Made by a program: the position numbers and the translations under genes. Source: an uncultured bacterium (GTDB taxonomy: Bacteria > Omnitrophota > Gorgyraeia > Zapsychrales > Aceulaceae). Taken from it: a stretch of 64,000 bases of DNA. The stretch lies in assembly GCA_937930175.1 (NCBI GenBank), contig CALGLP010000006.1, positions 65,749 through 129,748 of the forward strand, given 5' to 3'. Positions 10,385-20,271 of the stretch are shown here, one piece after another. The notes beneath the pieces were generated by a model. That model did no database searches, was not told where the DNA came from, and was given only the letters and a program-made list of their open reading frames with translations. Within the stretch, counting starts at the first letter, position 1. Every line of letters starts with the position of its first letter.

Positions 10385-11953
10385 ATGAGCGTGGAAAGTA
10401 TGAACAGAAATTTGCAGCTATCTATTGATTTAGTCAAAGCATGGGGACAAGCAAAACTTCCTAACGGCAAGACGTTTGGGCAGATGTTGACCTATGATGC
10501 TGTTTCGTTTTGGGACCTTATGAGCATCCATGTGGCGCTTTACTATGTTCCGGAGGCGCTGTCTCCTTTTAGAAAAAAACAACCGCATGTATTAAGTTTA
10601 ACAAAAACATATTTAAGCGCGTGTAAGCAACATCTCATGAACAAAAAGAATATTTATTTGTGCGCAGGTAAAGTTCCTCAAAAATCGCTAAAGCCGGTAT
10701 TTTTATTCCTTGGTTTTCAGCCTTATTTTTATAAGGATACGATTCAGCCGGTAGTACAAAGCATGGTGGATGATAAAAAAATAGACAGCGTGTCTCTTGG
10801 CGAAAATTTGTCTGGCCAGAGTTTTGATGAACGAAGTGATCAGCGCTCTGAAGTTCAGTCCATCTGGCAGTACTGGAATAAAGATGTGCAAGATTACGCC
10901 GATAGCGTCATGTCATCATTTAAAAAGGCCATCAAAGAGTTAAAGGTTATGAATATCTTGCCTAAGATCATTGAACATCAAGGACAAACTCTGTGGCCTC
11001 AGCTAGAAAATGCTTTTGATGAGCTTTTTATTTTTTGTTTACCTTATTTTGTAAAACGTTATGCCATTGCAAAGCACGTGCTTGAGCATCATAGGCCTGC
11101 GGTCATTATTTCTTCGGATGTGGCGGATCCTCGAACTCAAATGTACTGCTTGCTGGGCCGGCGGCTGCATATTCCAACTCTGGAAGTGCAGTTTGGAGCT
11201 TATGGGCCGGATTCTGTCGAATGGCAGTTTGCTCTTGCCGACCGCATTGCTGCGTGGGGAGAAACATCACGTGATACTTTTTTGGCGCATGGGGTTGAGC
11301 AGGAAAAAATCGTTCTTGCTGGTTCACCGCGCCATGACAGCATGGTGTCGATCGACCAAAATGAAGTTGCTCAAACGCGGGCGATGCTTGGGATCCCTAA
11401 AGAGAAAGCGATGATCTTGTTTGCCTCTTGTTACTCAAGTATATACGATCAAATAGAATGGCCAGATTTGGTTGACTCTGTCAAGCGCGCGATATTTCAA
11501 TCCGTTGGTCAAAACAAGGATGTCTGTTTAGTTGTCAAGCCCCATCCATTGGAAAAAGAAAAGCTTACAAAAAAAATTTCAGGCAAGCAAGCGAACATTA
11601 TTTTTGCTGATAAAAATGATGATATTAAAAGGCTGATCCGGGCTTGCGATGTCTTTATCTCCCTTGGCACAACAGCAACCTTAGATGCCCTTATTGCCCA
11701 TAAGCTTGTCATTTGTCCCAATTTTCCTGGCTGGATTTGGAGTGATCTTTTTGTTAACAGCCAGGCAGTGTTAGCGCCAAGATCCAAGGAAGAATTGACG
11801 CAGGCGATCCAAAATACGGGAGATGGCGAGCGTCAAAAAGTTCTTGCAGACTTAGAACCGGCAAGGAAACATTTCTTGCAGAAGTGGATTTATCAGCTAG
11901 ATGGACAAGCGGCTATGCGCATTTCGGCATTAGCTAAGCAAATGGCGGGTTGA
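10385..11953 (+). CDS. GT-B fold transferase, TagB/TagF (CDP-glycerol glycerophosphotransferase)- or KpsS/KpsC-like
   Basis: C-terminal KPHP motif with a downstream GTTATLDAL segment, reminiscent of Glyphos_transf/Capsule_synth families. N-terminal half has no recognisable motifs. Confidence 0.45.
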   Translation: MSVESMNRNLQLSIDLVKAWGQAKLPNGKTFGQMLTYDAVSFWDLMSIHVALYYVPEALSPFRKKQPHVLSLTKTYLSACKQHLMNKKNIYLCAGKVPQKSLKPVFLFLGFQPYFYKDTIQPVVQSMVDDKKIDSVSLGENLSGQSFDERSDQRSEVQSIWQYWNKDVQDYADSVMSSFKKAIKELKVMNILPKIIEHQGQTLWPQLENAFDELFIFCLPYFVKRYAIAKHVLEHHRPAVIISSDVADPRTQMYCLLGRRLHIPTLEVQFGAYGPDSVEWQFALADRIAAWGETSRDTFLAHGVEQEKIVLAGSPRHDSMVSIDQNEVAQTRAMLGIPKEKAMILFASCYSSIYDQIEWPDLVDSVKRAIFQSVGQNKDVCLVVKPHPLEKEKLTKKISGKQANIIFADKNDDIKRLIRACDVFISLGTTATLDALIAHKLVICPNFPGWIWSDLFVNSQAVLAPRSKEELTQAIQNTGDGERQKVLADLEPARKHFLQKWIYQLDGQAAMRISALAKQMAG

Positions 11954-12125
11954 ATCGTTAACATAAAAAGCGGCTATTTCTTTTTAAGAATTAGCGCAAT
12001 TTATGGGCGTTGAAGGTCGTTTATTTTAGGATTAATTATTTTAAGTGTAATTCAAGCAAGGCTGGCTGTAAATCAGCGGCAGTATAATGTTAATATCAAA
12101 CTAGATAAAAAAGCAGAAATTTATA

Positions 12126-15100
12126 ATGAAAATGCATGAAAAAATTTGCACATTTTTATATCACTTTGGCGTTGTGCTCTTGGTTTATCTGACCGGCATC
12201 ACGTTGGTGTTTTTGAGCTATCAATATTGGCAGCAGAATAGCCGCTTAAGCATTGATGCCGACCATGGGTGTAAAATTGTTTTTACGCCTCGCACTAAAA
12301 CGCGCCCAAGCATAAGCGCCTTGACCGTTGATTTGAAAGCGCTTGGGAAAAATCCTGGTTCTTTGATGTTTCGCCTAAGGCGAGTAAGCCTTGGAACAAC
12401 AAATGGAGCTTACAACTGGGACTGGAAGGGAGCGCCTCTACAGTCTGATTTTAGTTTTGTTGATATGACGAAAATGATACGCCAGGAGGCTAAGGTTACC
12501 TCATGGGATGTCGTTGTAGCCAAGCCAGGCATGGTTCGCCTTAAGATTTGGCAAGATCTAGGAGATAGATGGAGCGTTGTTGCTCAAACAGATAAGGTTA
12601 TGGCCATGTCGGGCCTCAATCATTTTATCCTTAAAGACCCTTTGCCCGTGCGTCCAGGTGATTTTTTGGGGCTTTATACAGCCGTAGGCACGATCAAACT
12701 AGTTTCACTCTCGAGGCTTGGCGTGTCTGAAGATTTAGCTAACCAAGATCTTTCTAATATTGATCATGCGAGGGAGCGTGGGCTGCAAGTGAATTTTTCT
12801 GGTGATGAGGATTTTGGGCTCAAGAGTTCTTCTGTTGCGGCACCAAATCCAGGATATGCTTTCAAAGTTAATTTATCATCAATTCCGATCCAAGAATCCA
12901 AGTGTCAAGTTCAACTAGGACGTTCTTTTTATAAGTTTGAAATCGCAGATCAAACATTTGCTGTTGATGAACAGGTAGAATTGTTCATTGAAGCCAGGGA
13001 GCGAACTCGGGTATTGATATATCCTCATTTTTTGTGGCGCTTGAGCGGCCCTCATGCGTATGTGGGATTAGAATTCAATACTCCATTTAAACCTAAGGGC
13101 GTAGATCAAGTTTTATATTCTCAAAAGAAATCAATTTTTAACGTTCTCATTATTCTTCTAGCCATTGTCAGTGGCCTTTTTATGTTTGTTCCTCGGAGAA
13201 GAATGCGGGAGCCAGCCTTGGCTGCTTTTCCAATCGTCGTTGCTGTAATGATAGGGAAGGGATCGATTATTGCGCATCCGATTCTGCAGTCAACCCCAGC
13301 CGTATTAGCCTTTTTATTTCTACCAGGTTATGTTGTTCTGGAATTAGCCTTTCCTTTTTTGGCACAAAAAATGGGAAAGATTGAGCGTCCGCCACTTCTT
13401 TTTGGGCTTAGCCTGGCTGTTTGGACAGTTATTGCTATTCCGTCTTATTGGGCGCAGTGGAGCGCCGCATGGGTCATAGCTGGCATGCTTTTAGCTTGCT
13501 TGATCGGCGTTATAATAATGATTTGCTTGAGGCCTGTTTGTTCATCCTCGTCGGTTGTTTCTGATAGCTCGCTGCCAGCGTTTCCTTTCAGGCGTGTATA
13601 TGTCGCGATCCTTGTAGCAGTTTTGATTATCGTGGCTGTAGCCGTAGGCTTTAGGTCTCAATTTATGCGCGCTGACTTTGACACCATTACACATTTGGCG
13701 GGTTTTCAAAGGATCGTTCATCTTGATCGCATTATGGGCGGCAATCCTTTTTTAGAACCAGGCAAGACCGCCTTGTTTCATTATGCGTCTAATCCGTGGT
13801 ATCTGGTTTGCGGATTGACTGCTCGGTTGGCCCATATTGAGGCGTTTTGGTTGTACAGTATTCTTGCAGCTTTATTGACAGTCCTGGCGTTTATGGCATT
13901 TTTATGCTTGTTGTATATTCTAATCAATGACATGCGCGTTGCTTTCATTGGGACTTTTTTGGCAGTATTGTTTTCGCTGTATGGGTGGGCAACGGATTGG
14001 GCAGGATGTTATAGTTTTTATTTGGAGTTTATTTCTTATCCGCACACATTGGACCAACTTATTATGTGGCCGCTTGTGCTTTTTTGCGTATTGAGATATG
14101 TAAGGTTTAAGGACATGAATAGCTTGGGTTTAACGGCGCTGATTGCTCTTGCCACGATGGGTCAGCACGTTCTGTTTATCGTTTGGGTCGTCGGCATAAC
14201 GAGTTTGATACTTGTCGTCACGATGTTTTTTCGTGATTTCAAGAAGGATAGGCTTCGCACGCTAATGCTTATCGTGATCATCCTAGCAAGCGCAGCTGTC
14301 GTGGCTTTTTTTATGTTGAAATTTCCTTTGGCAGGCCACATGAAAAAAAAGGCAGCAGAAGAAATAGCAGGATGGGCTAAGCTCAAAGGGATGTCGTTTT
14401 ATTTTAAGACATTGTATGCTGCGGATATTCATTACCTTGGCAAAGAAGGATGGAAGCAGGTTCTTGGATTCGCGGTTATTATTTTTTATACCTGTGTCTT
14501 GAGTTGTCAAAAGCTAAAGCTATGCGTGCCTCACAAAGCAGATCAACATTTTCTTATTGTTGTGGGCGTTGCTCTTTTTGGGCCCTATCTTGTTATTTTT
14601 AATCCTTTTATCGTTCCTTGGATTTGTCAGTTGTTTCATTGGCCGCAGGTTATTTATCGATGGCCTAATCTTGTCGCGCTGCCCAATGCTGTGGCCTATG
14701 GGGCAATGGCATGTGTTCTTGTTCTTTGTTTTCAAGCCAAGAGTAAATGGTCTAAAGCTTTTTATATTTTTCCTTTGATTGTTTGTTTTACTCTTGGAGC
14801 CTATCCTTTTTTCAATCCATCTCTTAGGAAAACCTTGGCCAGCGCTTTAGACAATCGGGGCTGGTATCCGAGCATGTTTGACCTTGCCCATGATCCCTTA
14901 TACCAGAGCCTTGGCCATCTCAAGCCAGGAGTTGTGGCAATCGAGCGGCCTAAAACCGGATATGTTGTAGCGCTCACGCATCATTATTTAGTTGCAGGAC
15001 ATTATAATACCAATAGCGTTGTATTTTCTCTCGAAGATGAACAGTCCTTAGCCAAGCGATGGTCTGATAATCAAAAGATCTTGGATTTTGAGATGACGGC

Positions 15101-15257
15101 TCAGCAGATGCGTCAACTCCTCGATGAGTATCACTGCAAATATGTGGTTGTTTCAAGGAGCTCGCCTAGGCTTAACCAATTTATGGCTAGTGCAGATTTA
15201 TTTGATCTGATCTTAAAAACAGAAACAGATTTTCTTTTTTCTGTTAAACGAACATGA
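12126..15257 (+). CDS. large polytopic membrane protein (1043 aa), putative GT-C type glycosyltransferase/polymerase
   Basis: N-terminal TM, about 300-aa soluble domain, about 15 TM helices and about 150-aa C-terminal soluble domain. No recognisable catalytic motif. Immediately upstream of a GtrB/Dpm1-like polyprenyl-phosphate sugar synthase. Confidence 0.5.
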   Translation: MKMHEKICTFLYHFGVVLLVYLTGITLVFLSYQYWQQNSRLSIDADHGCKIVFTPRTKTRPSISALTVDLKALGKNPGSLMFRLRRVSLGTTNGAYNWDWKGAPLQSDFSFVDMTKMIRQEAKVTSWDVVVAKPGMVRLKIWQDLGDRWSVVAQTDKVMAMSGLNHFILKDPLPVRPGDFLGLYTAVGTIKLVSLSRLGVSEDLANQDLSNIDHARERGLQVNFSGDEDFGLKSSSVAAPNPGYAFKVNLSSIPIQESKCQVQLGRSFYKFEIADQTFAVDEQVELFIEARERTRVLIYPHFLWRLSGPHAYVGLEFNTPFKPKGVDQVLYSQKKSIFNVLIILLAIVSGLFMFVPRRRMREPALAAFPIVVAVMIGKGSIIAHPILQSTPAVLAFLFLPGYVVLELAFPFLAQKMGKIERPPLLFGLSLAVWTVIAIPSYWAQWSAAWVIAGMLLACLIGVIIMICLRPVCSSSSVVSDSSLPAFPFRRVYVAILVAVLIIVAVAVGFRSQFMRADFDTITHLAGFQRIVHLDRIMGGNPFLEPGKTALFHYASNPWYLVCGLTARLAHIEAFWLYSILAALLTVLAFMAFLCLLYILINDMRVAFIGTFLAVLFSLYGWATDWAGCYSFYLEFISYPHTLDQLIMWPLVLFCVLRYVRFKDMNSLGLTALIALATMGQHVLFIVWVVGITSLILVVTMFFRDFKKDRLRTLMLIVIILASAAVVAFFMLKFPLAGHMKKKAAEEIAGWAKLKGMSFYFKTLYAADIHYLGKEGWKQVLGFAVIIFYTCVLSCQKLKLCVPHKADQHFLIVVGVALFGPYLVIFNPFIVPWICQLFHWPQVIYRWPNLVALPNAVAYGAMACVLVLCFQAKSKWSKAFYIFPLIVCFTLGAYPFFNPSLRKTLASALDNRGWYPSMFDLAHDPLYQSLGHLKPGVVAIERPKTGYVVALTHHYLVAGHYNTNSVVFSLEDEQSLAKRWSDNQKILDFEMTAQQMRQLLDEYHCKYVVVSRSSPRLNQFMASADLFDLILKTETDFLFSVKRT

Positions 15258-15295
15258 GGCTATAGCTTATCAATGATAAATAACAAGGAGATCTC

Positions 15296-16264
15296 ATGAA
15301 CAAGTTAATTATTCAGATTCCTTGCCACAACGAGGCGCCGACCTTAGGTCTAACGCTCAAAGATCTCCCTCGGAAAGTCGATGGGTTTGATCGAGTCGAG
15401 TGGCTTATTATTGACGACGGCAGCAGTGATGATACCGTAGCCGTTGCCAGAGAAAATGGCGTTGACCATATCATCTCTTTTAATAAAAATCATGGTTTAG
15501 CCAGGGCTTTTATGGCTGGAATCGAGGCTTCTTTGGATTTAGGCGCCGATGTCATTGTGAATACCGATGCGGATAATCAATACAATGCCCAAGATATCCC
15601 GTTGCTTGTCAAGCCCATATTAGACAACAAAGCAGACACGGTCATTGGCACCCGTCCTATCAATTCCATAGAACATTTCTCAGTCTTAAAAAAATTTTTA
15701 CAAAAATTTGGAAGCTGGGTTGTCAAGATCGTTAGCAAAACGACTGTCACGGATGCCCCGAGCGGTTTTCGCGCCATTAGCCGGGATGCCGCGATGCGTT
15801 TGAACGTATTTAATACCTACACCTATACACTGGAGACCATCATACAGGCAGGTCAAAAGGACATGTTCATTGTATCTGTTCCTATCCGTACGAACAAAGA
15901 CCTTCGTCCTTCAAGACTAGTTAAAGGCATTTTTTCTTATGTCAAGCGTTCGATCTTTACCATTGTGCGCATTTTTGTTGTTTATAAACCATTTAGGTTC
16001 TTTTTATCCATTGGTTTAATCTTTTTTGCCGTGGGTTTCTTGCTTGCTTTGCGGTATCTGATCTTTTTGCTGACAGGAGAGAGAGGTGCGCATATTCAGT
16101 CTTTGATCTTGGCCTCTATTTTAATTGGCATGGGCTTTCAGACTATTTTGATGGCTTTTTTATCTGATCTAATGGCTGTTAATCGAAGGCTTATTGAGGA
16201 TGTCCAATATCGGTTTAAAAAAATGAAATACGATCATAAAACTGATCAGGTGGAGAAAAAATAG
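15296..16264 (+). CDS. polyprenyl-phosphate glycosyltransferase (GT2, Dpm1/GtrB/ArnC-like)
   Basis: IQIPCHNEA...IIDDGSSDDT...NTDADNQ motifs plus two C-terminal TM helices, the GtrB architecture. AAGGAG RBS. Confidence 0.85.
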   Translation: MNKLIIQIPCHNEAPTLGLTLKDLPRKVDGFDRVEWLIIDDGSSDDTVAVARENGVDHIISFNKNHGLARAFMAGIEASLDLGADVIVNTDADNQYNAQDIPLLVKPILDNKADTVIGTRPINSIEHFSVLKKFLQKFGSWVVKIVSKTTVTDAPSGFRAISRDAAMRLNVFNTYTYTLETIIQAGQKDMFIVSVPIRTNKDLRPSRLVKGIFSYVKRSIFTIVRIFVVYKPFRFFLSIGLIFFAVGFLLALRYLIFLLTGERGAHIQSLILASILIGMGFQTILMAFLSDLMAVNRRLIEDVQYRFKKMKYDHKTDQVEKK

Positions 16265-16266
16265 CC

Positions 16267-16812
16267 ATGGCAGATCAGGCAAAGGGTCTATTATCACCGT
16301 GGTTAAGAAAAAAGCGTATCGAGATGGTTTATCCGTTTTTAAAAGGGAAAGTTTTGGACGTAGGCTGTGGGATCGGGTTTTTATCTCAATTTATTGACCC
16401 TGAGCATTATCTTGGTATCGATATCGACGAGGAGTCTTTAGGCATTGCTCATCTAAAGAATCCCTCAAAACGTTTCCAGAAAGAATACCCTTCAGACGAG
16501 CTTTTTGATACGATCATCCTCTTGGCCGTCCTTGAACATGTGGAGGATCCGGTACAATTTTTAAACAGTTTAAAAATGTTGCTAAAACCTGGGGGCCGCA
16601 TCATTTTGACCACGCCTCATCCGTCCATGATCAAATGGCATCATTGGGGCGCAAAAGTCGGCATCTTTAGCAAGGAAGCGGGTGAAGAGCATAAAGATAT
16701 TTTTGATGATCAAAAGATCAAAAGTATTTTGACCCAAGCAAAACTTGTTGTGATCCACAAGCGGCGTTTTCTTTTTGGTGCGAATCAGTTTTTTGTTGTT
16801 GGGAGTCCATAA
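16267..16812 (+). CDS. class I SAM-dependent methyltransferase
   Basis: Motif I VLDVGCGIGFLS; LLKPGGRII post-II motif. Confidence 0.8.
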   Translation: MADQAKGLLSPWLRKKRIEMVYPFLKGKVLDVGCGIGFLSQFIDPEHYLGIDIDEESLGIAHLKNPSKRFQKEYPSDELFDTIILLAVLEHVEDPVQFLNSLKMLLKPGGRIILTTPHPSMIKWHHWGAKVGIFSKEAGEEHKDIFDDQKIKSILTQAKLVVIHKRRFLFGANQFFVVGSP

Positions 16813-16899
16813 AGTTATAAAAGGGTATTGGTAGATTCTGACTTTGGCCTAAGGAATGTTCTTAACGTTAAAAGTTTTAAGAAAACAAGGAACGAATAC

Positions 16900-17550
16900 A
16901 TGTCTGGTGCGAAGGCTCGATTTGAAGACGGCACGATCATTGGCAATATTTATGATAAATATCAGACCAAAAATCCTATCGCCAAATATTTAATGAAAGG
17001 ATTTTTGCGTGCCTTGGATAGCTTGGTTTCGCTTTCTGGTGTTTCGCAAATACATGAAGTGGGTTGTGGTGAGGGACATTTAAGTGTACGGTTAGCCAAG
17101 CAACAAAAGGAAGTTTGCGCCAGTGACTTTTCTGAGATCATTGTTAGCCAGGCACGTGAAAACGCAAAGAGAAATAAGGTTGAGATCCATTTTAAAGTAT
17201 GTAGTATCTATCAATTAGACCCTAAGGAAGATTCTTCTGGGCTTGTGATTTGTGTTGAAGTGCTGGAACATCTTAAGGACCCGGTGGCCGCGTTAAAGGT
17301 TTTGCAACAACTTGCTAACCCGTATCTTATTGTGAGTGTGCCGAGGGAGCCGATTTGGAGGATTTTAAATTTCTTAAGAGGAAAATACATGGCGACTTTT
17401 GGTAATGTTCCTGCGCATGTGCAACATTGGTCAAGGCGATCTTTTGTAAAATTATTGGCACAGCATTTGGATATTGTAAAGATTTTAACTCCCTTGCCCT
17501 GGACCATGGTTTTATGTCGAAGAAAGGAAATCTCAATCTATGAACACTGA
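16900..17550 (+). CDS. class I SAM-dependent methyltransferase
   Basis: Motif I HEVGCGEGHLS. ATG 16900 is preceded by an AAGGAA RBS; the ORF track start 16828 is TTG. Confidence 0.75.
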   Translation: MSGAKARFEDGTIIGNIYDKYQTKNPIAKYLMKGFLRALDSLVSLSGVSQIHEVGCGEGHLSVRLAKQQKEVCASDFSEIIVSQARENAKRNKVEIHFKVCSIYQLDPKEDSSGLVICVEVLEHLKDPVAALKVLQQLANPYLIVSVPREPIWRILNFLRGKYMATFGNVPAHVQHWSRRSFVKLLAQHLDIVKILTPLPWTMVLCRRKEISIYEH

Positions 17551-17896
17551 CAGCTATAAATTAGCTTTAGCCATTTGTGGCGTAGGTCGTTTTGCGACCA
17601 AGCGCATCATTCCTGCTATCGCGATGTGTTCGAATGTTGAGCTTGTTGCCGTCATCGATCCCTTGGGGCAAGAGCAGTTTTTGCTCCCAGGCGTACGGCC
17701 ATTTAAATCCTTGGAGGATTATCTTGATTCTAAACCCAAGGGCGCCATTTATATTGCAACGCCGAATTATCTTTACGCTCAACATTCCATAAAAAGTTTG
17801 TTGGCAGGGTGGAATGGTCAGTTGAAAAATAATCTTCGGGACGTTTCTCATCTGGTATTGAGCAATCTGTTCATGAAAGAGGGGAAGATCAAGTGA
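17540..17896 (+). pseudogene. truncated Gfo/Idh/MocA oxidoreductase (N-terminal about 95 aa only, then frame decay)
   Basis: Intact Rossmann N-terminus (ICGVGRFATKRIIPA...ELVAVID) but the frame ends after 118 aa with unrelated sequence. Full-length homologues are about 330 aa. Confidence 0.6.
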
Positions 17897-17997
17897 AGAG
17901 CGTCAGGTTTTAGTCGCTGATAGCGCGTCAATCAACAATACGCAATAAGAGGCTTGCGCGTTGCGAAAACTAATGTAAATTATAGGGGAGGGTATAC

Positions 17998-19026
17998 GTG
18001 TCGAATAAAATTTTAATTACTGGTGGTGCCGGGTTTATTGGTTGTAACGTGGCGGCTCGTTTCATTGCAAAAGGGGAGCAAGTAACAATTTATGATAACT
18101 TGTCACGCCATGGAGCACATAAGAATCTGCTGTGGCTGAGCGAAACATTCGGACCGACGGGATTTGAGTTTCTACAAAATGACGTTCGTGATACTGCAGC
18201 CCTCAAATTAGCAGCGCAGGATAAAAATATCATTCTTCATTTGGCAGGACAGGTGGCGGTGACAACATCCGTTCGAGATCCACGGACTGACTTTGAAATT
18301 AACGCGCTTGGAACATTCAATCTGTTAGAGGCGGCTAGGTTGAGCGACAATAATCCGATTGTGATATTTTCTTCAACGAATAAAGTCTATGGAAAAATGG
18401 AAACAGCAGCTACTTTTCTAAACGAAAGTCGTTATCAGTATCGCGATTATGTCATGGGTATTCCTGAAAATTATCCACTCGATTTTCATTCGCCCTATGG
18501 TTGTTCGAAGGGAGCTGCTGATCAGTATGTGCGCGATTACTTTCGCATTTATGGATTACGAACAGTCGTGTTTCGCCAATCTTGCATATATGGCCCTCGA
18601 CAGATGGGAGTAGAGGATCAGGGGTGGTTGGCGTGGTTTTGTATCGCGGCCTTGAGAGGTAATCCTATTACCATTTATGGTGATGGCAAGCAGGTACGTG
18701 ACGTGCTCTACGTGGATGATTTGATTGATGCTTATCAGGCAGCGATACATCGAATTGATAGTACGGCTGGACAAGTGTACAATATTGGCGGTGGATCGGC
18801 CAATACCCTTTCGATCTGGTCAGAGCTTTGCCCGCATATTGAGCGATTAGCAGGACGCCCTATTTTAGTTTCTTACGCTGATTGGCGCCCAGGTGATCAG
18901 AATATTTATGTTTCAGATATTCGAAAGTCACAATGTGATATGGGTTGGTCTCCTCGTATTGATGTTAACAAAGGCATACAGCGCCTGTGGACTTGGGCGG
19001 CGAACAATCGTAGTCTTTTTGAATAA
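17998..19026 (+). CDS. CDP-paratose 2-epimerase family NAD-dependent epimerase (RfbE/Tyv-like)
   Basis: Strong colinear match to the Tyv family as recalled: FDNLSR, HLAGQVAVTTS, DFHSPYGCSKGAADQY, DQGWLAWF, GDGKQVRDVL. GTG start. Confidence 0.8.
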   Translation: MSNKILITGGAGFIGCNVAARFIAKGEQVTIYDNLSRHGAHKNLLWLSETFGPTGFEFLQNDVRDTAALKLAAQDKNIILHLAGQVAVTTSVRDPRTDFEINALGTFNLLEAARLSDNNPIVIFSSTNKVYGKMETAATFLNESRYQYRDYVMGIPENYPLDFHSPYGCSKGAADQYVRDYFRIYGLRTVVFRQSCIYGPRQMGVEDQGWLAWFCIAALRGNPITIYGDGKQVRDVLYVDDLIDAYQAAIHRIDSTAGQVYNIGGGSANTLSIWSELCPHIERLAGRPILVSYADWRPGDQNIYVSDIRKSQCDMGWSPRIDVNKGIQRLWTWAANNRSLFE

Positions 19027-19047
19027 AGAATATGTAAGGAGTTTTAG

Positions 19048-20217
19048 ATGCGTATAGCATTTTTTCATAATTTGCCTGCAGGTGGAGGCAAGCGATCAGC
19101 ACATGAGTGGGTTAAGCGTATGGCAAAAAACCATGATGTGGACTTGTATTTATTTGATTCTCAAGCTGAAGATTTTCTCGACATGCGACCATTTGTTAGA
19201 AAAACCATTCTTATGTCAAGACGCAAAACATCTTATGGAGGACATGTTGGTCGTTTAGTTTCTTTGTGCAGAGCTCGTTTGCTCTCTAAACAAATTGCCC
19301 AACGTATTAATAGCGGTAATTATGATTTGGCGTTTATTATGCAATGCAAAGTATATAACACACCATTTGTATTGCGCTATCTGCAGATTCCTGCACTTTA
19401 TTTTTGCCATGAGCCTTTAATCAAAGCACTGGAGCCACACTCCATTGTGAATAGAGGTAGGTTAGCACCTTTGAAGCGGTTGTTTACAGAATTGTTAGGC
19501 CAGCTCGATCGCTCTAACGCCAAGTACGCTACTCTGATTTGCACCAATTCGCTTTATTCGCGAGAAAGTATATATCGTTCCTATGCTGTGTATCCGCGCC
19601 TGAATTATCTAGGCGTAGATCCAGAACACTTCCATCCGCTCTTTATGAAACGTGAGCCGGTGATCTTATCAGTGGGGAGCCTATTTCCAAGCAAAGCTCC
19701 GGATTTTATCATTGAAAGTGTGGCAACAACTAAAACAAAACCTGCTATTCGTTTCATTTACCATGTCAGCGATAAGCACTATCAGGCACAACTTGCCCAG
19801 TTAGCTGAACAGCTTGGAGTTTCGGTCTCCTTTGACTATTTACCGACCCAAAAAGATTTAATGATTGCTTATAATCGAGCGGCTCTCACAGCGTTTCCTT
19901 GCATGCTAGAACCACTTGGCTTGGTTCCTTTGGAGTCTATGGCTTGCGGTACTCCAGTTGTAGGCATTGCGGAAGCCGGGATTCGCGAAACAGTACAACA
20001 CAATGAAAACGGTTTGCTTACAGAGCGAGATCCGCATGAATTTGGTCAAGCAATCGATACACTTATGGAAGATAAAAATATGTGGAAAAGAATGAGTAGC
20101 CTTGGACATCAGCGAGTGCTAGAACGCTGGACTTGGGAAAAATCATATCAGCAGTTAGAAAAACATATGCAGATGGCAGTAAAAATGCATAAAGCACGTA
20201 TGTTGCGAGGTGGCTAG
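19048..20217 (+). CDS. glycosyltransferase family 4 (GT-B)
   Basis: EPLGLVPLESMACGTPVV E-x7-E motif region; AAGGAG RBS. Confidence 0.85.
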   Translation: MRIAFFHNLPAGGGKRSAHEWVKRMAKNHDVDLYLFDSQAEDFLDMRPFVRKTILMSRRKTSYGGHVGRLVSLCRARLLSKQIAQRINSGNYDLAFIMQCKVYNTPFVLRYLQIPALYFCHEPLIKALEPHSIVNRGRLAPLKRLFTELLGQLDRSNAKYATLICTNSLYSRESIYRSYAVYPRLNYLGVDPEHFHPLFMKREPVILSVGSLFPSKAPDFIIESVATTKTKPAIRFIYHVSDKHYQAQLAQLAEQLGVSVSFDYLPTQKDLMIAYNRAALTAFPCMLEPLGLVPLESMACGTPVVGIAEAGIRETVQHNENGLLTERDPHEFGQAIDTLMEDKNMWKRMSSLGHQRVLERWTWEKSYQQLEKHMQMAVKMHKARMLRGG

Positions 20218-20271
20218 CCTTAGCCCGTTTTGCCTTACTTAAAGTGGTATAGTTTTAGAGAAATTTTCAGA

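Noticed and set aside
11061-11414. 117-aa + strand ORF within 10385-11953
   Set aside because: It is a different frame of the longer transferase-like CDS with an Arg/Leu/Trp-rich translation. No RBS.
14162-14778. Cluster of 71-75 aa ORFs on both strands inside the 1043-aa membrane-protein gene
   Set aside because: They are out-of-frame or antisense to a continuous 3.1-kb ORF with consistent TM-helix periodicity. No start signals.
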